This document shows, one piece after another, positions 27,632 to 38,324 of a stretch of 64,000 nt of DNA (its first letter is position 1; every line of letters starts with the position of its first letter). Below the pieces are notes generated by a model. The model had not been told where the DNA came from, ran no database searches, and worked only from the letters and a program-made list of their open reading frames with translations. Position numbers and translations under genes: made by a program. The DNA is from an uncultured virus (IMG/VR IMGVR_UViG_3300030060_006470) (Duplodnaviria; Heunggongvirae; Uroviricota; Caudoviricetes), in IMG/VR virus record IMGVR_UViG_3300030060_006470; one strand, written 5' to 3'.

Positions 27632-28147
27632 ATGAAAAAGGAATTAGGGTTAAAGATTAGACAAGAGATTAAAGATGCTGAAGATAATCTTTTGAAGGTT
27701 GTAACAACTAAGTTATTTGATTTAGTTAATAGTTCAACTAAAATATCTTCAATGGGTAATAGATATATTTCAGTAAGTTTATATGATTACATTTCATTGG
27801 AAATTAATAATGGTTATTTAATGTTTGTTGATGAGCATTTAGATAGGCACCATATTGATGAACCAAGTGATGTATTTGTAGTTGACCTTATTGATATTAT
27901 TAATGTTGAGGTTGAAGTTAGACTTGAGGAAGAGGAAAAAGAAAATAGAAAAAAGGAACGATATGACATGGCACAAGATATTCTTAATAAGACAGGTATT
28001 AATATTGTTACTTGTGGGGACTGTAGTGAGGTCTTATTACACGATACTAATGATGTAGATTCAGAAGGTACTAGTAATGATATAGTTTGTCCAAGTTGTG
28101 GGTTTAAGGGTGAAAGTTGTGATTTCCCCGATTTATTTTATGTATAA
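27632..28147 (+). CDS. Hypothetical protein with a C-terminal Zn ribbon
   Basis: CGDC...CPSC...CDFPDLF. Confidence 0.75.
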   Translation: MKKELGLKIRQEIKDAEDNLLKVVTTKLFDLVNSSTKISSMGNRYISVSLYDYISLEINNGYLMFVDEHLDRHHIDEPSDVFVVDLIDIINVEVEVRLEEEEKENRKKERYDMAQDILNKTGINIVTCGDCSEVLLHDTNDVDSEGTSNDIVCPSCGFKGESCDFPDLFYV

Positions 28148-28200
28148 TTAGGTTTATTAAATATTATTTACTATATTGCATTAACATTAAAAATAGAGAT

Positions 28201-28476
28201 ATGCTGACAATAGAAAAAATAAAACAAGAATGTATTGATATAGATATGCAAAATATTGATGCAGGGGATAAGTCGATTGGTGCATATATAAATGGTAAGT
28301 TTATTCAATTTAGAGATTTACATGATGTTGAATTGTTTTATAGTAATATTTCTTTAAAGGAATTACTTACAATATATTCTCAGTACAATGGTTTAAGTTG
28401 TTATAAGTCTGACGAACCAAAAGAGTATAGAGAGTCTTATAATTTAGATATACTTACAATTATTAAAGAACTTTAA
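28201..28476 (+). CDS. Hypothetical protein
   Basis: Promoter plus ORF. Confidence 0.7.
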   Translation: MLTIEKIKQECIDIDMQNIDAGDKSIGAYINGKFIQFRDLHDVELFYSNISLKELLTIYSQYNGLSCYKSDEPKEYRESYNLDILTIIKEL

Positions 28477-28478
28477 TT

Positions 28479-28763
28479 ATGGAAAAAGCTTATTTCACAT
28501 TAAGAGAAAATGATAATGAAGAATGCCCCAACATGGGTACCATAGGTATTGAGTATTGGGGTAAATTAGAACACAATGGAATGGAGTTCTATAATAAAAT
28601 TAGAGAAGTAATATTAACACATTTTGATATGGCTGATGAATTAGTAACTATTATAGATGATATTGAATTCCATTTGGTTTTTAATTCATACCCAATGGAA
28701 TTTACTGTTGAGGTTGATGGTGAAGATTACGCTTGTAGTATTGAGCAAACATTTTTATATTAA
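28479..28763 (+). CDS. Hypothetical protein
   Basis: 94-aa ORF. Confidence 0.7.
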   Translation: MEKAYFTLRENDNEECPNMGTIGIEYWGKLEHNGMEFYNKIREVILTHFDMADELVTIIDDIEFHLVFNSYPMEFTVEVDGEDYACSIEQTFLY

Positions 28764-28819
28764 AGTTTGGTTTATTAAATATTATTTACTATATTGCATT
28801 ATCATTAAAAACATAGATT

Positions 28820-29485
28820 ATGAAAAACGTAAAACAATTATTACCAAAGGGTAGCAAAGAGTTAATTAAAAAAGCATTAACCCTTTATAAAAATTCGATA
28901 GAAATAATTAACCGTGATGGTAAGGGGGAAATGATAGATGATAGTTTAAATTATGACCATTTTGATTGTATAGGTCTTATTGGAATGATGAACTATGATG
29001 TAGAAGTTATATTACCTAAAGAAAGTAAAGAATGTTTTTCGGGTAAACATAATGTAGACTTCCCTATCTTTGAAGAAGTTGAAAGAATGTACCCAATAGA
29101 GAGTGAATGGGTTACTATTATTAAAGGAGATTTCTCATTTGTTCATGATGGGGTTCATGGTAGAGAATGTTATGTTAATAGTATTGTTAGTGTAACAAGA
29201 CATTTGAGATGTGATAAAGCATCTAGACTTACTCTTGGTGATGATGGTTGGGGTTGGATTGTAGTTGAGGACTATGATGGTATTATTCACATGAATGTAG
29301 AGGACAAAAAAGAGGACGAGAAAGAGTTTCTTGTTATTGATTCTATGGTTGATTCTGTCCGTAGACAAACATACACTGAGATGAAAGAAACTGATGGTGA
29401 TATAATGGATAGGATTGATACACTTGAAGTTGGCGACACTGGGGCAAGAAATGATTGCGAGGTTTATTATATTAGAGTAAAGTAA
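28820..29485 (+). CDS. Hypothetical protein
   Basis: 221 aa with promoter. Confidence 0.75.
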   Translation: MKNVKQLLPKGSKELIKKALTLYKNSIEIINRDGKGEMIDDSLNYDHFDCIGLIGMMNYDVEVILPKESKECFSGKHNVDFPIFEEVERMYPIESEWVTIIKGDFSFVHDGVHGRECYVNSIVSVTRHLRCDKASRLTLGDDGWGWIVVEDYDGIIHMNVEDKKEDEKEFLVIDSMVDSVRRQTYTEMKETDGDIMDRIDTLEVGDTGARNDCEVYYIRVK

Positions 29486-29546
29486 TAATAATTTGTTTTA
29501 TTAAATATTATTTACTATATTGCATTAACATTAAAAACATAGACAT

Positions 29547-29846
29547 ATGAAGACAATATTAGAATTTGAAAATGAGAAAGAATATTTAGAGTGGGAAAGT
29601 ATTAGAGGTAATGAAATAACTACTATACAAGATTCAGATGGAATTATAATAGGTGAACTAAAAGAGCAAGACCTATTAACTTTATCTAATTTGGGTAGAA
29701 TTGTTTCATTTGATAACCCTAAAGGGTTTGTTGAGGAAACATATATTGCTATAAATTTCGCTCCTATTGTTGCTAATTGGGGAATAGTATATGACCATGA
29801 TAAAACAGTATTAGATAGATTAGTTCACATAAAAATATTAGCATAG
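29547..29846 (+). CDS. Hypothetical protein
   Basis: Promoter plus ORF. Confidence 0.7.
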   Translation: MKTILEFENEKEYLEWESIRGNEITTIQDSDGIIIGELKEQDLLTLSNLGRIVSFDNPKGFVEETYIAINFAPIVANWGIVYDHDKTVLDRLVHIKILA

Positions 29847-29848
29847 AT

Positions 29849-30118
29849 ATGAATAATTTAAGTGAAATAAAATACGAGGGTTGGAAACTGTCAGTTGATG
29901 ATAACTCAATAGAGGTGTCAAAAGATGGTGAGCATAGAATCTATGGGTTAAATGACATACAAGATACACTTCATGAGGACGAGTATGTGATACTTAAAAA
30001 AGATGATGGTGGTTTTTACCAAGTAAAGTTTGAAGAGAACAATTTCCTAGTAATAGATGAGTTTGACTATGAGGACGAATTTGTTGACACTATTGCTAAT
30101 TATGTTTTTAATGAATAA
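29849..30118 (+). CDS. Acidic hypothetical protein
   Basis: 89-aa ORF. Confidence 0.7.
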   Translation: MNNLSEIKYEGWKLSVDDNSIEVSKDGEHRIYGLNDIQDTLHEDEYVILKKDDGGFYQVKFEENNFLVIDEFDYEDEFVDTIANYVFNE

Positions 30119-30188
30119 ATAATTAGGTTTATTAAATATTATTTACTATATTGCAGTATCATTAATTATTTACTTAAATAAAATACAG

Positions 30189-30494
30189 ATGGAAAAGTTA
30201 TTCGATAGAAAAATTTACAACATTGTTTTAATTCATGTTGCTAGAACTTGGGAACGTACAAGAGTTACCCGACCACACGAAGAAATGTCATTGGATAATA
30301 TTGAAAGTACTGATGCAATTGAAGAGATTGCAACAACCATTATTAACGATGATATATTACAAGAGTTTCTAGTTGATAGAGATGGTGATGTGTGGGATAA
30401 GTTTGGTGATGGGTGTAGTGATAGTTACATTGAGCGTGTAGCTTCTGAAATTATTGAAAAAGAATACCCTAATTATTTTTTTATTAAATATTAA
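30189..30494 (+). CDS. Hypothetical protein
   Basis: Promoter plus ORF. Confidence 0.7.
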   Translation: MEKLFDRKIYNIVLIHVARTWERTRVTRPHEEMSLDNIESTDAIEEIATTIINDDILQEFLVDRDGDVWDKFGDGCSDSYIERVASEIIEKEYPNYFFIKY

Positions 30495-30734
30495 TTACTA
30501 TATTGCAGTATGGAAAAGATAACGACAGAAGAAAAACATGATATAGTTCTTAAAGCTATAATGGAAAGGTACTATGGTTTAAATGGTTGTATCTGTCAGC
30601 TACGTGAGGATGCTGATGTGGTTTATGTTAATATTGCTGATGATATTAATTATGTGATTGAGGAGGATGAGATAGAAGAAATAATTAATGAACTTGTTAC
30701 ATAATTTTTTTTATTAACTATAAAATTAAGAAAT

Positions 30735-31055
30735 ATGTTTTTAAATAAAAAAAAAGAAATCATACATAGTTTAATCAAAAAGGCTAAGTCAACTAAGTTT
30801 TCAACCGACACCGAAACTTACTATATGCCAATAACCAACCATTTTGACTATGAGTGGTTTAAAAAATATCTTGGTTTAAAATTAAAGGATAAAAATGATT
30901 ATGGAGTAGTAGCTGAAATTCAATTTGACACTGAAAAAATTATATTTCAAGGACATTCACATGTTGATGGAGAGAATTATGACGAAGTATTTGATTTTAA
31001 ATTAAAAAAACTAAAGGGTAAAACTTTAAACTTGTTACATAATTTGTTTTATTAA
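30735..31055 (+). CDS. Hypothetical protein
   Basis: 106-aa ORF. Confidence 0.65.
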   Translation: MFLNKKKEIIHSLIKKAKSTKFSTDTETYYMPITNHFDYEWFKKYLGLKLKDKNDYGVVAEIQFDTEKIIFQGHSHVDGENYDEVFDFKLKKLKGKTLNLLHNLFY

Positions 31056-31077
31056 ATATTATTTACTATATTGCAGT

Positions 31078-31377
31078 ATGGAAAAGATAATGACACTTAC
31101 AGAAGAACAATTCTACGAACAATTTACCCCAATAGAAAACCACATAGACGACAACGCAAGTTGGAATGGTGCAATGTTTGAAACCTTTGGAGAGGAATTG
31201 GAATACGTTAAGATGAAAGCACAGAAGGGCAACAACGTATGGACACTTGTTGAGGGTGAAGATGATACGTGGTATATTTCTAACGGTATGAGGTTGGTTA
31301 ACCGTATGGGTTACTTTATTACTCGTGAGGAATGGCAAGGAGAAACTGATGTTGAAATTGATATGTCAATAGATTAG
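31078..31377 (+). CDS. Conserved phage hypothetical protein
   Basis: MFETFGEELEYV...VWT...VNRMGYFIT pattern. Confidence 0.8.
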   Translation: MEKIMTLTEEQFYEQFTPIENHIDDNASWNGAMFETFGEELEYVKMKAQKGNNVWTLVEGEDDTWYISNGMRLVNRMGYFITREEWQGETDVEIDMSID

Positions 31378-31569
31378 GAATATTAAATATTATTTAGTAT
31401 ATTGCATTAACATTAAAAACATAGGTATGAAAAAGAAGAAAATTGAAAAAGATTTAAAATATCACAAAAAGTGGTTAAAGAGTATTCTAAAAGGAACAGG
31501 AGGAAAAGTTGAAATTGAGATAAAGGCTGAAATAGAACAACTTACATGGATATTAAAAATGTTTAAGAA

Positions 31570-31863
31570 ATGAAAAAGATAGTATTTGAGGGAACGGAAC
31601 AAGAGATGAATAACTTAAAGGCACTTATCGATGGTATTGAGTTCTATGTCCCATTACCAAATATGACAGTAATCTCTGAGCGTGATATCTTTATTGAAAG
31701 ATTAGGTCATTATGTGTCAGATGACGCAGAGGTATCTTACAATAAGTTACTTAAACAAAGTGAGATTGATGGTAATGTTATGGCAGATGATGTTGTTATG
31801 ATGTGGGAACCAATGGAGGATAGATATACGGTAAATCAATTATTAGATGAAATTACATATTAA
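31570..31863 (+). CDS. Hypothetical protein
   Basis: 97-aa ORF. Confidence 0.7.
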   Translation: MKKIVFEGTEQEMNNLKALIDGIEFYVPLPNMTVISERDIFIERLGHYVSDDAEVSYNKLLKQSEIDGNVMADDVVMMWEPMEDRYTVNQLLDEITY

Positions 31864-32095
31864 AACTTATATAAAATGGAAAGAGAAGATTTAGTTAGAG
31901 AGTATGTTGATTTAATGGGTGGTGATGCTGAGGAGCGTGGCTTTTATAGAGAACTGGCTTCATTAACAGATGGTGAAATAGTTAGTAAGATAATTGAGGT
32001 TGCTCATTATTATAAAGATGAATATAATAATATGGAATAATTTGTTTTATTAAATATTATTTTGTATATTGCATTAACATTAAAAACATATACAT

Positions 32096-32716
32096 ATGGA
32101 GAAGTTAAAAACAAAGCATGGTAATTCATATTGGAATGAGAATGGTGCATACCAAAAGGAGTATGACGAATTGTATGAAAAGCTAGTACCTAGACGTGGT
32201 GAAGCTGATACAGTTCATGGTGAAATGATTAGAGCAATAAGCAGAATAACATACGATTATTTCAATAACGGCAACTGTAATATTGTTACAATGGATAGAG
32301 TTTATTGTCCCGATTGTGATGGTGATGGTTACGATACTGATTGGGATTGCTACGATTGTAGTGGTGAGGGTACGATAGAAGATGATGAGGGTAATATAGA
32401 AACTTGTGATAGTTGTGGTGGCGAGGGACATGACCAAATTGATTGTTCAACTTGTTGTGGTGAGGGGTTTATTGATGGTGATAAAGAGATAGACGAGTAT
32501 TACCAGGATATGCTTGATGTACTACATAACCATTTACATAATACTGATGTTGTTGAAGCTATTGAGGAATTTCTAAAAGATGATAGTTTAAGTTATGGTA
32601 CTTATACCTTTAGTCCTGATGAGGGAAAGGTATATAATGACTTGGCAGATGAAGTATTATATCAAATTTTAACAACAGAAAATGAAAAAAGAATTGTAAA
32701 AGATTTGGTGGAATGA
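32096..32716 (+). CDS. Protein with DnaJ-type CxxCxGxG zinc-finger repeats
   Basis: CPDCDGDG, CYDCSGEG, CDSCGGEG, CSTCCGEG. Confidence 0.8.
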   Translation: MEKLKTKHGNSYWNENGAYQKEYDELYEKLVPRRGEADTVHGEMIRAISRITYDYFNNGNCNIVTMDRVYCPDCDGDGYDTDWDCYDCSGEGTIEDDEGNIETCDSCGGEGHDQIDCSTCCGEGFIDGDKEIDEYYQDMLDVLHNHLHNTDVVEAIEEFLKDDSLSYGTYTFSPDEGKVYNDLADEVLYQILTTENEKRIVKDLVE

Positions 32717-32755
32717 AATAAGTTTCTTATATTAGTATTCTAATCATTAAAACAG

Positions 32756-33229
32756 ATGAGCATGGTAAATCAAATTGAGTGCCCAACAGAAGTTGGAAGA
32801 GAAGTTTTTAATTTCAATGATGGTGGTAGAGCCGAAGCAGGGTTTAAAGGTATTACGGGTGATTGTGGTGTGAGAGCGTTGGCAATAGCTTTACAACTAC
32901 CATATAAAGAAGTTTACGACAAGGTAAATGAGTTTTGTAAACAAGAGAAACCAAGCAAACGTAGACGAGGTATTTCTTGTGCGAGAACGGGAATACATAC
33001 TGTTACGTTTCATAAGATTACCAACTATTATGGTTTAGAGTGGGTACCCACAATGGGTATTGGTACGGGTTGTAGTGTACACCTTAAAGCAGACGAACTA
33101 CCAAAGGGAAGAATAATTTGTAGGGTGTCTAAGCACTACGTAGCATTAGTTGATGGTGTTATTAATGACATTTACGATTGCAGTAGAGGGGGTGCTAGAT
33201 GTGTGTATGGGTATTGGAAAGTTAAGTAG
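32756..33229 (+). CDS. Conserved phage hypothetical protein (GDCxxRA family, possibly peptidase-like)
   Basis: GDCGVRALAIA...HYVALVDGVINDIYD...VYGYW. Confidence 0.8.
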   Translation: MSMVNQIECPTEVGREVFNFNDGGRAEAGFKGITGDCGVRALAIALQLPYKEVYDKVNEFCKQEKPSKRRRGISCARTGIHTVTFHKITNYYGLEWVPTMGIGTGCSVHLKADELPKGRIICRVSKHYVALVDGVINDIYDCSRGGARCVYGYWKVK

Positions 33230-33271
33230 TAATTAATGAGGGGGTAACTCCCCTCTTTAAAATCAATTAAA

Positions 33272-33547
33272 ATGGCAAAAGAAAAAGAATGGTATAGTTA
33301 TGAAGAATTAACAACCGCACCGATGTACGTGCTTCTAGGTAGAAGTATTAGAGATATTAATATTAATGATGACACGATACTTGCAATCAGATGGAAGATT
33401 CATATAGAGGATTATCTCAAAAATCAAAAAGGGTGGAAGTCTTGTAATCCAAAAGATTTTGAATACAAATTGAAAACGGTAGATAACCACAAAGAAATAT
33501 CAGAAGTTAGAAATGTAACTTTACTTAAGGATATTTTTACACTTTAA
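33272..33547 (+). CDS. Hypothetical protein
   Basis: 91-aa ORF. Confidence 0.65.
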   Translation: MAKEKEWYSYEELTTAPMYVLLGRSIRDININDDTILAIRWKIHIEDYLKNQKGWKSCNPKDFEYKLKTVDNHKEISEVRNVTLLKDIFTL

Positions 33548-33586
33548 TAAAAACATGGGGTAACTCCCCTCTTAAATTTTATAGTT

Positions 33587-33841
33587 ATGAGCAAAGTAAG
33601 TACTAAAGATGAAACGACAAACTTTTGGAATAAAAGAGCAGAGGTATTGGTTGGTAAGAAGATTAAACAAGCAAGGTATATGACCGAAGCTGAAGCTGAA
33701 GAGTTTGGTTGGTATAGCAGAGGTATTGTAATATTCTTTGAAGATGGAAGTCATATAATACCAATGAGAGATGATGAGGGTAATGACGCAGGTAGCGTTG
33801 ATGGTAGTGATGATAAATTAGTATTTCCTGTATTAAGGTAA
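33587..33841 (+). CDS. Conserved phage hypothetical protein
   Basis: DDEGNDAG motif. Confidence 0.75.
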   Translation: MSKVSTKDETTNFWNKRAEVLVGKKIKQARYMTEAEAEEFGWYSRGIVIFFEDGSHIIPMRDDEGNDAGSVDGSDDKLVFPVLR

Positions 33842-33904
33842 ATAAAATTTGGAATAACCAAATAAGTTTCTTATATTAGCAATCTAATCATTAAAACATA
33901 TATC

Positions 33905-34405
33905 ATGAAGACTAAAAAGGAAATTAAAAAGCAAAAGCAAAAGGACATTGAATTCATTATTTCTGCAGTTACTAGTGAATTATACGACAAGGCGTATTAT
34001 GACTATTTTGAAACGTGGGAGAATGAAGGTGGTATGGGATGGTTCTTTAACGAGTGTGTAGATATAACTCATAAGATAATGCTTACTGAGGGTTCACAAT
34101 ACTTAAAGTGGTTGGACTATTGGGCAAATACTGATGATGAACACCCGATGTATTTTCGTGAATATACTAATACAGATTGTTTTGATTGGTACCATATGAC
34201 TGAAGCAAGAAAAGAATTTGAGTCTAGGTATGAAAAGGATAGAGTTAAGTTCCCTATGGAAAGGAATGAGGTAGATTTAATAATAGCACTACTTGAAAAG
34301 ATAGAGGTGGATGGTGAAACAATGGAGCATATTATTACTAAAGTGGGTATGGATGGACAGATGTTTAGTCAGTTAATTAAAAATGCTAAAAAATATATTG
34401 GTTAA
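33905..34405 (+). CDS. Hypothetical protein
   Basis: 166 aa with promoter. Confidence 0.75.
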   Translation: MKTKKEIKKQKQKDIEFIISAVTSELYDKAYYDYFETWENEGGMGWFFNECVDITHKIMLTEGSQYLKWLDYWANTDDEHPMYFREYTNTDCFDWYHMTEARKEFESRYEKDRVKFPMERNEVDLIIALLEKIEVDGETMEHIITKVGMDGQMFSQLIKNAKKYIG

Positions 34406-34457
34406 TATTTTGAATAACCAAATAAGTTTCTTATATTAGTATTCTAAACATTAAGAC

Positions 34458-34835
34458 ATGGCAAAGAATAAGTATCAAGTAAGATTTAATTTAGGTAGGG
34501 GTGATAACTATATGAAGTGGAAAGTTTCAACACCAAGTGGAGAGGCTACATACCATAACCCTGATGACGTTCTAATAGTAATGAAGGGTTGTAAGTTATT
34601 CAACCAAAAGGGTTCGGCTAACAAGATATATGAGGGTGCAAATAAAACCGTATGTGCTTGGGTTGAATGTGATAATGTTGATATTATTGACAGAGTGATA
34701 GTACATTCAAGTGCAAGAAAGGTTTGTTACAACCCCAGAGTAAAACCAAATTGGGAATTAGATGGTGAGAACGTAGATAAGTCAGAATTTGATGAGTTAT
34801 TTACAGTTAAGAATACAGTAAGGGTAACCGAATAG
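34458..34835 (+). CDS. Conserved phage hypothetical protein
   Basis: VRFNL...KTVCAWV...YNP pattern. Confidence 0.75.
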   Translation: MAKNKYQVRFNLGRGDNYMKWKVSTPSGEATYHNPDDVLIVMKGCKLFNQKGSANKIYEGANKTVCAWVECDNVDIIDRVIVHSSARKVCYNPRVKPNWELDGENVDKSEFDELFTVKNTVRVTE

Positions 34836-34937
34836 TTACCTTTTTTTTTGTATCTGAAAAGAAATATTAAATAATATTTGCATAATACAAAATAATATAT
34901 TATATTTACGTAAGTTAAACATTAAAACACTAAGACA

Positions 34938-35381
34938 ATGGCAAATCCATTAATACATTCAAAGAGTTCAGTTAAAAGGTGGGGTGGTAAAGTAGAAGAT
35001 TATATTGCTATTCACGAATTAATTGATAGTCCTAAAGCTACAATGAATAATAATTCTTCAAGGGCATTAACACACAATACTTGGTTCGCATATACAATTA
35101 TACCAAAGATATTCGGTTACAATATAACCAACTCAAATGGTAGAAGTGTAGATACAGTTGATATTGCTATGTTACATATAGCAGAAGATTTTAGAATGAA
35201 GTTTGTACCAACACCACAAGACTACCTAAAGCATATGGAAGTACAAGCGTGGTTTAGTAATGGAGTTAAAGATGTTAATAACCCCAAAGCTACAAAAGTT
35301 GCTGATGAGTTAAAAGAAAGATTGTCTAGGCAGTCAAGAAAAGACTTGGATAAAAGAATGACCGAAAAAAATATTAAATAA
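34938..35381 (+). CDS. DUF6915-like protein
   Basis: MANPLIHSKSSVKRWGGKVEDYIAIH...RALTH...HIAED (family recalled, not searched). Confidence 0.75.
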   Translation: MANPLIHSKSSVKRWGGKVEDYIAIHELIDSPKATMNNNSSRALTHNTWFAYTIIPKIFGYNITNSNGRSVDTVDIAMLHIAEDFRMKFVPTPQDYLKHMEVQAWFSNGVKDVNNPKATKVADELKERLSRQSRKDLDKRMTEKNIK

Positions 35382-35446
35382 TATTTGGTAGGTTAAATAT
35401 TAATTAGTATATTGCATTATTGTTAAACATTAAAACATTTTAAATT

Positions 35447-36160
35447 ATGAGTGAAGGTAAATACGTTGAGAGTACAGTTGATGAGCAAAAAGAATTAATT
35501 ACCCTATGGAAAAAACATAATATAGGACACGTTGAATTTGATTTTTATTGTGGTGGTGATAGTATGGGTGATACTGAACTACGGATATACGACAAAAAAG
35601 GACAGTCATTAACCGAGAATTTTACGTTTGAACGTAAGAATGGTTCTTGGGGTGAATACGAAGAAAGAATAGCTACTCTAATTGAGGATAAGATTTACGC
35701 TGATGTGGAGTTCTATGTAAACTCTGACGGACACTATCAAGGTGAAAGTGGTGTGGTTGAAATGACCTTTGATGAAGAGGAAAGTATATTTAATTGTTCA
35801 AAGAGTTCTCAAAGTGAATGGTCTGAAAGAGAAACTAATAGTATATTACTTGACCTTACTAAAGAAGAGTACGAGTTCATAAACAATTACGTTGAGAGTT
35901 TGAATGGTGGTGAGGGTGATTTTGTTAATTTTAATTATAAAAAAGATTTTATAGTTGATGATAAAAGACAAAAGTTAATTGATGATTTAACTAAAAAGAT
36001 TGATGATATTACCGTTAATTTTGAACCCGATTGTATAAATGGTGAATTACAAGATTGGTTTACTTTTGAATGTGGTATAGACGGTAACGAAGTGCAATTT
36101 GAAGATGATAAATTGGTAATAGAAATTAATAATGAAATTACTGTTTATAGAGAGGAATAA
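35447..36160 (+). CDS. DUF6878-like acidic protein
   Basis: VEFDFYCGGDSMG motif; adjacent to the DUF6915-like gene. Confidence 0.65.
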   Translation: MSEGKYVESTVDEQKELITLWKKHNIGHVEFDFYCGGDSMGDTELRIYDKKGQSLTENFTFERKNGSWGEYEERIATLIEDKIYADVEFYVNSDGHYQGESGVVEMTFDEEESIFNCSKSSQSEWSERETNSILLDLTKEEYEFINNYVESLNGGEGDFVNFNYKKDFIVDDKRQKLIDDLTKKIDDITVNFEPDCINGELQDWFTFECGIDGNEVQFEDDKLVIEINNEITVYREE

Positions 36161-36216
36161 TTTGTTTTATTAAATATTATTTTGTATATTGTATTAACAT
36201 TAAAAAACATATAAAG

Positions 36217-36924
36217 ATGAAGATTATAATTGACAACGTACCGTTTGAATTTGATTTAGCTTGTAAGGTATTAAAACTAAAGGGTGGTGATTCACCCTTT
36301 GAGGAACTAAACTCTTTTTGGAACGAGATAGTACCTATTGATTTCGCAGAGATTTCTTTACTACCTAACTTAGAGCAAAGGAGAATAGCAATAAAGTATT
36401 TGGGTATAGATGACATAGTTAGTCAAGTGAACCCTCAATTAATTAGTGAGGAAACTATTAGCAAGGAAACAACTTGGATAAACGAACTTGGAGTTGAGGA
36501 AACAATTAAATTTGATGACACTTACAGATTGTTTAGTGTTAATGAAAATGTATTGCTAAAGGGTAAAAATGAAGAGGTAAATAAATATAACACGAATAAA
36601 CAGTATTTCGTTAAGTTTAAGGATACCTCAACTGACAGAGAGTATATGATTTGGGTTGATATAGCAAGTGTTTACAACACCAATAACCCTAATTTTCCCT
36701 CACTTAATAAGTGGAATATAGAAAAGGCTTTTGAAAAGGGTAATATAACTGCGATTGATTGTATAGCTTGGACTATTAAGACTACGTTACCTACTAACAA
36801 TATAAAGACTATTATAAGACAAGGTGATTGTGTTTTATTGAAACCTATTTCAAGTGAGTTACAAGTTAAAGAAAGACATTTAACAAGTAAAGAATACAGA
36901 GAACTTTTAAAGTTTGAAAGTTAG
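36217..36924 (+). CDS. DUF6745-related hypothetical protein
   Basis: NLEQRR, KDTSTDREY, AWT, IRQGD motifs. Confidence 0.65.
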   Translation: MKIIIDNVPFEFDLACKVLKLKGGDSPFEELNSFWNEIVPIDFAEISLLPNLEQRRIAIKYLGIDDIVSQVNPQLISEETISKETTWINELGVEETIKFDDTYRLFSVNENVLLKGKNEEVNKYNTNKQYFVKFKDTSTDREYMIWVDIASVYNTNNPNFPSLNKWNIEKAFEKGNITAIDCIAWTIKTTLPTNNIKTIIRQGDCVLLKPISSELQVKERHLTSKEYRELLKFES

Positions 36925-36976
36925 GATAATTGGAAATTTTTTATTAAATTAGTATAAATATTAAAACACTATTATT

Positions 36977-37237
36977 ATGGTAAAGAAGAAAAAACATACG
37001 TTATTATTAGGAGAGGGAATACACCAACACACACTTTATGGTGAGTTCAGTATAGATACTGATGTTGTTGATTACACAACAATAGAAGTAACTAAAGATA
37101 GCTTACTACAACACGAATTACCTAACGGTAAATTTGGTGAACACAAAACCCTAAAGGTTGATAAGGGAACTTGGGTAATGGGTAAGCAAGTTGAGTATAA
37201 CCCATTCAGCCAAAAGGTTGAGAGAGTTTACGACTAA
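36977..37237 (+). CDS. His-motif small beta protein
   Basis: GEGIHQH...GEHKTL...QVEYNP...VYD. Confidence 0.75.
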   Translation: MVKKKKHTLLLGEGIHQHTLYGEFSIDTDVVDYTTIEVTKDSLLQHELPNGKFGEHKTLKVDKGTWVMGKQVEYNPFSQKVERVYD

Positions 37238-37327
37238 ATAATATTTAATATAATGGCATTATTATTTGGTAGTGTCATTATATTTTCTTAAATTGCATTA
37301 TTATTAAACATTAAAACATTTTAAATT

Positions 37328-37786
37328 ATGGGAACTAGAAGTTTAACAACATTCGTAGAAACTTACAAAGACAATTCAGGTAAGAAAGTTAAAAATGAGA
37401 TTGTAACAATGTATAGACAATATGATGGTTACATGGAAGGACATGGCAAAGACCTTGCTGATTTCTTAGCTGGGGGTAAACTTGTAAATGGTTTTGGTAT
37501 AGACGATAAGGTTGTATTCAATGGAATGGGTTGTCTGTCAGCACAAGTGGTTGCACATTTCAAAGATGGTGCAGGTGGTTTTTACCTACAAAGGGCAAAT
37601 AAAAATAGTGGTGAAGAGTACCGATATAAAGTTATTGGAGATTTCGACACTAAGGAGATAACTATTGAAGTCTTTGAGGTTGGTTATATAAACGCTAAGG
37701 GGGATTATATAAATAAGGCAAAGAAGATATTTAGTGGCTCACCTAAACAGTTACAAGATAAGGTAACAGAGGTTGTAGAGAGTTAA
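37328..37786 (+). CDS. Conserved phage hypothetical protein (MGTRS family)
   Basis: MGTRSLT...YRQYDGYMEGHG...NGMGCLSAQ. Confidence 0.8.
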   Translation: MGTRSLTTFVETYKDNSGKKVKNEIVTMYRQYDGYMEGHGKDLADFLAGGKLVNGFGIDDKVVFNGMGCLSAQVVAHFKDGAGGFYLQRANKNSGEEYRYKVIGDFDTKEITIEVFEVGYINAKGDYINKAKKIFSGSPKQLQDKVTEVVES

Positions 37787-37815
37787 AATATATATGTTGA
37801 TTAGTGATTGAGAGA

Positions 37816-37840
37816 GGGGAATGTAGTGATTCCCCTTTTT
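37816..37840 (+). terminator. Rho-independent terminator
   Basis: GGGGAAT/ATTCCCC stem plus T run. Confidence 0.7.
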
Positions 37841-37966
37841 CTATTTATACACAATTGTGTATATACGTGGGCGTGAGTGGGCGTGTGGTCGTGAGTGGGC
37901 GTCTTACAAACAAATTATTTTATGAAATTATTTGCTAACATAAAATAAAATTATTATATTTAAACT

Positions 37967-38194
37967 ATGACAAAATTAAAAGCAAATAAAAAGTTCATAT
38001 TATCCAATGGTGGGATAATTGAATACAGAACTTATTGGGGTTCTAAGGGTTATTATAGAGGTATATATTTGCTCAGAGGTGAAATGAAATACCAGGTTCA
38101 CCCAAGAACATTTACGTCCATTACATCAAACCTAAAAAAGATTAAGTCTGAAGAATATGATGGGATTAATTCTATCCTATATGATGTAGTATAA
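37967..38194 (+). CDS. Hypothetical protein
   Basis: Promoter plus ORF. Confidence 0.65.
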   Translation: MTKLKANKKFILSNGGIIEYRTYWGSKGYYRGIYLLRGEMKYQVHPRTFTSITSNLKKIKSEEYDGINSILYDVV

Positions 38195-38324
38195 TTTATA
38201 CATAGTGTTAATCTAGTTTGACATCACACAATATACAATAAATTTAATTTAAAAAAAAATGCAAATTAATTTTTTTTGTTAAATATTATTTACTATATTG
38301 CAGTATCATTAAAACATAAACACT

